This document shows positions 60,311 to 64,000 of a stretch of 64,000 bases of DNA, piece after piece. The stretch comes from Gammaproteobacteria bacterium. GTDB lineage: Bacteria; Pseudomonadota; Gammaproteobacteria; Thiohalomonadales; Thiohalomonadaceae. Positions within the stretch are counted from its first letter, which is position 1, and each line of letters begins with the position of its first letter. The stretch lies in assembly GCA_024709225.1 (NCBI GenBank), contig JANJXC010000033.1, positions 1,648 through 65,647 of the forward strand. Direction: 5' to 3'. The position numbers were made by a program, and so were the translations under genes. The notes under the pieces were generated by a model, which saw nothing but the letters and a program-made list of their open reading frames with translations, was not told where the DNA came from and did not search any database.

Positions 60311-63300
60311 ATGCCCATACCGACCCACCTGCGCCACCTCCTCCTCGGTGCCCTGCTCGGCCTCGGCAGCGCCCAGGCCAGCGTCAGCCTCGACGCCCAG
60401 ATTCTGTCCGACGACCAGGAACGCCTTATCGGCTATGTCACCGCTATCGCCGCCGGTGACAACGGCGGGCTCTATACCGCCGACAGCCGCGACGGCCTGC
60501 TGGTGTACTTCGGCAGCAACGGGCGCAGTTCCCTGCCCCTGGCCGGCAAGGAACGGGTTTTTTCCTCCACCCGGGTACGCGGCCTGGTACGCATCGGCGT
60601 CGATCGCTTCGCCGTGGCCAATGAGGGCGACGGCAAGGTGGCGATCATCGATGGTCAGGGCACGGTGCTGGCCAGGTTCGGCGACAGCGGCAACGACGAG
60701 GGGCACCTCAACAGCCCGGCCGGTCTGGCCTGGTCACTCAACCAGCGCCTGTACGTCGCCGACAAGGATAAAAACCGTATCAGCGTGTTCGGCCCCGATG
60801 GCGTCTATATCCGCACCCTGGGCGGCCAGGACGGGGCAAAACTGGACACCCCCGAACAGGTCTACGTCGACCACCGCGAACGGGTCTATGTCTTTGAGCG
60901 ACGCAGCCGCGGCACCCTGAGCATCTTCAGCCACGACGGCGCCCTGTTGCACCGCACCGACGCCGCCACCCTGGGCAAGGCCGCCAAGGTCGGCACCCTG
61001 CGCCTGACGACCCTGGCGGTGGACCCGGCCACCGGCTACATCTATCTCGGCGACAGCGAGAACGGTCGCATCCATATGTATGACTGGGAAAGCGCCACCC
61101 TGCAGGCCGGCTTCGGCACCAAGGGCCGCCAGCGCGGCCAATTCAGCGAGATCTCCGCCCTGGAACTCCTGACCGACGGCCGCCTGGCAGTGGCCGACAA
61201 CGAAAACAAGAAGATAGAGATCTACCGCCTGCCGTCCAATGACCGCCCGCCGTTGCCGCGGCTGCACCTGCCCACCATCACCCAGGCCGGCACCCTGACC
61301 CTGGAATGCGACCTCGCCCATCATGCTGCGGACGGCAAACACTGGTGTCTGAGCCGCCGCACCGGCGGCACCCTGCGTGACCGCGACGGCAACACCCGCC
61401 TCACCCTGCAGGACACCCTGGACAAGCCGCTGGCGGTAGCCTTTGGCGGCGAACGCATCGCCCTCATCGACGGCACCAGACTGAAGATCTTCGCCGCCGA
61501 CGGCAGCCTGCTGTTCAGCTCCGGCGACAACCGCGCCCCGGCCAGCGACCCCTTCGGTGCTGGCGGCGGCCAGTTCGATGCCTCCACCGACGGCAAATTC
61601 GATCGCCCTACCGATGTCTACCTGCGCGGCGATCGCATCCACGTCATCGACAGCGGCAACCGCCGCTTGCAGATCTTCACCGAGGATGGTCTGTACCTGG
61701 ACAAGATCGCCAACCCCAAGTCCCGCCCCTGGCTATTCGAGGAGCCGATCACGGTGGCGGTGGATTCGCGCGGCAACATCTACGTGGGCGACCGCAAGCT
61801 CAAGCAGGTGCGGATCTTCGACCGCAACAAACAGGCCATCGGCCAGCTCGACGGCGGTGAACTACCGGGCGAGAAATTCACTGACATCTTCGACCTGGAG
61901 GTGGACGCCGACGACAACCTGTACGTGCTGTGCGCCACGCCGCAAAACGAAAATACGGTGCATGTCTACCGCAACCGCCAGCTCGCCTTCACCTTCGGCG
62001 CCCCGTCTGCCGACGCCAGCGGCTTCACCGCCCCGGTCAACCTGACCCTGCCGCCCGGTGCGCAGCGCGTGGTCGCCCTGTACGACCGCGAACGCAAGCA
62101 ACTCATCGATTTCAACTACCTGCAGGTTCCGCCGACCGTGGCCGACGTCGTCGTCAGCGGCGGCACCACCCGCACCGAGCTGCGCTGGGGCGCCCAGCGC
62201 AGCAGCTACATCACGGCCTATCGCATCTACGGCGCCACCCGCCTGGACGGCCCCTATCGGCAACTCACCGAGGTCGCGGAGCCGCACGCCCAGCTGGAGC
62301 ACAACGGTCACCCGCACAGCCTGTACTATCGCATCGCGGCGGTCAGCGCCTTCGGTGTGGCCGGCCCCGAATCCGAGCCGATCCTGGACCTGTTCCAGGC
62401 CGGTTATGGCCACTACCAGGCCGGCGACTGGGCGCAGGCCGAAGCGGCCTTCCGCCGCCAGCACGAGGAACACGCCAGCCACGCCGAGACCAACAAATAC
62501 CTCGGCCTCACCCTGATGCAACTGCAGCAGCACACCGCCGCCCGGCAGCACTTCGAGCTGCTCGCCGGCCAACCCGGCCACGAGGCCGAGGGGGCACGCC
62601 TGCTGGTGGAGGCCTGGCGCGCCGCCGGCGATGACGTGGCGGCCAAGGGCGTGGTGGATCGCGTGCTGGCCCGCGGCGCCGCAACACAGGAACTGCGCCT
62701 GCTGTGCGGCGAGCTGAGCCTTGCCCTCAACGACGCCATCGGCGCGGTGCAATGCCTGGAGGATGCGCTCAAGCAGGACGGCAACAATGTGCATGCCCAC
62801 CTGATGATGGCCGATGCCTACATCAAACTCGGCGTCATGGAACAGGGCCAGGCCGAACTGGAAACCGCGCGTGCGCTGGCGCCGGAAAACCCGCTGGTGT
62901 GGCGCCGCAGCGCCCAGATCCAGCAGCGACTGGGGGCGCACCAGGCCGCCATCGAGCTGTACACCAGGACCCTGGCGCTGGCCCCGGACGACCTGGACAG
63001 CCGCCTGGCGCTGGCGCACAGCCACCGCGCCCTCGGCCAGTACGATCAGGTGCGCAACATCGCCCTCGCCCTCACCGCCCACACCGCCACCGAAGGCGAT
63101 GGCCACTACCTGCTGGGCGTAATCGCCCTGGAGGAAAAGAAGTATGGCGAAGCCCTGCTCGCCCTGACCAAGGCCACCCGGGCCTCCCCGCATCATGCCG
63201 CCGCCTGGCTGGCGCTGGCCGATACCTACGGCCCGATGAAGCAGGAGCAGCTCATCCCCAATGCCCTGGCCAAGGCCATGGAGGCAGACGCCGCATCCTT

Positions 63301-64000
63301 CGACGCCGCCTGGCGCCTGGGACAATACAGCCACCAGCAGGGACAATACCCTGCCGCCGCCGCGCCGCTGGCGCGGGCGGTGGCGCTGCGTCCCGACAAC
63401 TACGACGCCCACTACCTGCTGGCCGACACGCAGCTGCGACAGAATGAGCTGAAAGACGCCTTCCAGCATGCCAGCGAGGCGGCGCGGCTGGCCCCGGAAC
63501 GGACAGAGCCGCTGGCCCTGCTCGGTGCGGTGTCGGCGCGCCAGGGCAAGAACGGCGCCGCCATCAGCTATCTCAAGCAGGCCCTGGCCAAGCAACCCAA
63601 TGCCATGGCCCTGCTGCTGCAGTTGGGTGCGCTGTACGTCGACAACAACATGTTCGATCAGGCCCGCACCACGCTGGAGCAGGCCAGTGTCGTCGACGCC
63701 ACCCGTGCCGAACCGCTGGCGCTGCTCGGCAGGCTGTACATGAAGCGACGCCTGTTCGACGAGGCCATCGCCGCGCTGGACAAGGCCTTCACCCTCGTGC
63801 CGTCGGACGACAACCGCCTGCTGCTCGACACCGCCTACGCCGAAAAGAACAAGGCGCTGGAGTTCAAGTCCAACGCGCCGCAGATCGTGCTCAAGGACCT
63901 GCAGCTGCAGCCGGTGTTCACCGCTGCCTACAAGCAGTACGCCAACGCCCCCATCGGCACCATCCGCGTGCACAACACCAGCGGCATCGACTACGGCAAC
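60311..64000 (+). CDS. large secreted NHL-repeat / fibronectin-III-like / TPR-repeat protein (3-prime end beyond right window edge)
   Basis: Absent from the ORF track because no stop occurs before the edge. I translated the frame from ATG 60311 by hand. It shows signal peptide MPIPTHLRHLLLGALLGLGSAQA, NHL-type repeats (LNSPAGLAWSLNQRLYVADKDKNRISVF; FDRPTDVYLRGDRIHVIDSGNRRLQIF), an FN3-like segment near 62.1-62.4 kb, then TPR repeats to the edge. Confidence 0.8.
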   Translation, partial: MPIPTHLRHLLLGALLGLGSAQASVSLDAQILSDDQERLIGYVTAIAAGDNGGLYTADSRDGLLVYFGSNGRSSLPLAGKERVFSSTRVRGLVRIGVDRFAVANEGDGKVAIIDGQGTVLARFGDSGNDEGHLNSPAGLAWSLNQRLYVADKDKNRISVFGPDGVYIRTLGGQDGAKLDTPEQVYVDHRERVYVFERRSRGTLSIFSHDGALLHRTDAATLGKAAKVGTLRLTTLAVDPATGYIYLGDSENGRIHMYDWESATLQAGFGTKGRQRGQFSEISALELLTDGRLAVADNENKKIEIYRLPSNDRPPLPRLHLPTITQAGTLTLECDLAHHAADGKHWCLSRRTGGTLRDRDGNTRLTLQDTLDKPLAVAFGGERIALIDGTRLKIFAADGSLLFSSGDNRAPASDPFGAGGGQFDASTDGKFDRPTDVYLRGDRIHVIDSGNRRLQIFTEDGLYLDKIANPKSRPWLFEEPITVAVDSRGNIYVGDRKLKQVRIFDRNKQAIGQLDGGELPGEKFTDIFDLEVDADDNLYVLCATPQNENTVHVYRNRQLAFTFGAPSADASGFTAPVNLTLPPGAQRVVALYDRERKQLIDFNYLQVPPTVADVVVSGGTTRTELRWGAQRSSYITAYRIYGATRLDGPYRQLTEVAEPHAQLEHNGHPHSLYYRIAAVSAFGVAGPESEPILDLFQAGYGHYQAGDWAQAEAAFRRQHEEHASHAETNKYLGLTLMQLQQHTAARQHFELLAGQPGHEAEGARLLVEAWRAAGDDVAAKGVVDRVLARGAATQELRLLCGELSLALNDAIGAVQCLEDALKQDGNNVHAHLMMADAYIKLGVMEQGQAELETARALAPENPLVWRRSAQIQQRLGAHQAAIELYTRTLALAPDDLDSRLALAHSHRALGQYDQVRNIALALTAHTATEGDGHYLLGVIALEEKKYGEALLALTKATRASPHHAAAWLALADTYGPMKQEQLIPNALAKAMEADAASFDAAWRLGQYSHQQGQYPAAAAPLARAVALRPDNYDAHYLLADTQLRQNELKDAFQHASEAARLAPERTEPLALLGAVSARQGKNGAAISYLKQALAKQPNAMALLLQLGALYVDNNMFDQARTTLEQASVVDATRAEPLALLGRLYMKRRLFDEAIAALDKAFTLVPSDDNRLLLDTAYAEKNKALEFKSNAPQIVLKDLQLQPVFTAAYKQYANAPIGTIRVHNTSGIDYGN

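Noticed and set aside
61862-63973. 703-aa minus-strand ORF and several 100-250-aa plus-strand ORFs between 60348 and 63743
   Set aside because: All are antisense to or out of frame with the long stop-free NHL/FN3/TPR frame starting at 60311, which has a signal peptide and recognisable repeats.

Overview
High-GC chromosomal segment, most likely from a sulfur-oxidising gammaproteobacterium (inferred from soxB, nhaD, the glycogen genes and Pseudomonas-like synteny). The backbone is conserved housekeeping: iscS-iscR-cysE, trmJ, suhB, rnk, secDF-yajC-tgt-queA and tRNA-Leu(CAA). It also carries two large multi-PAS c-di-GMP proteins, NhaD and CPA1 antiporters, a SulP-USP operon, an OmpR-type two-component pair, a stand-alone soxB, ycgL, a DUF1015 gene, dinB, the glycogen cluster malQ-GH57-glgC/glgB, and a large secreted NHL/FN3/TPR protein that runs off the right edge. 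Two visibly more AT-rich accessory insertions stand out. (1) About 2.5-6.2 kb lies between cysE and trmJ and encodes secreted proteins, including a reading frame split by a single in-frame TAG. (2) About 38.5-48.3 kb is a nine-gene envelope-modification locus and is my best candidate for an undescribed system. It encodes a polytopic membrane protein coupled to a GT2, a FemAB-like transferase, a sulfotransferase, a methyltransferase, a DegT aminotransferase, a GMC oxidoreductase and an MprF-type flippase-like protein. The window also holds a decayed SulP-USP pair, a 4 x 85 bp REP-like tandem array, a family of nested-palindrome intergenic elements, and unusual hairpins whose arms are built from 7-nt periodic words. 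No transposase, integrase, CRISPR array or rRNA was seen. Most long ORFs in the track that run antisense to these genes are high-GC artefacts.
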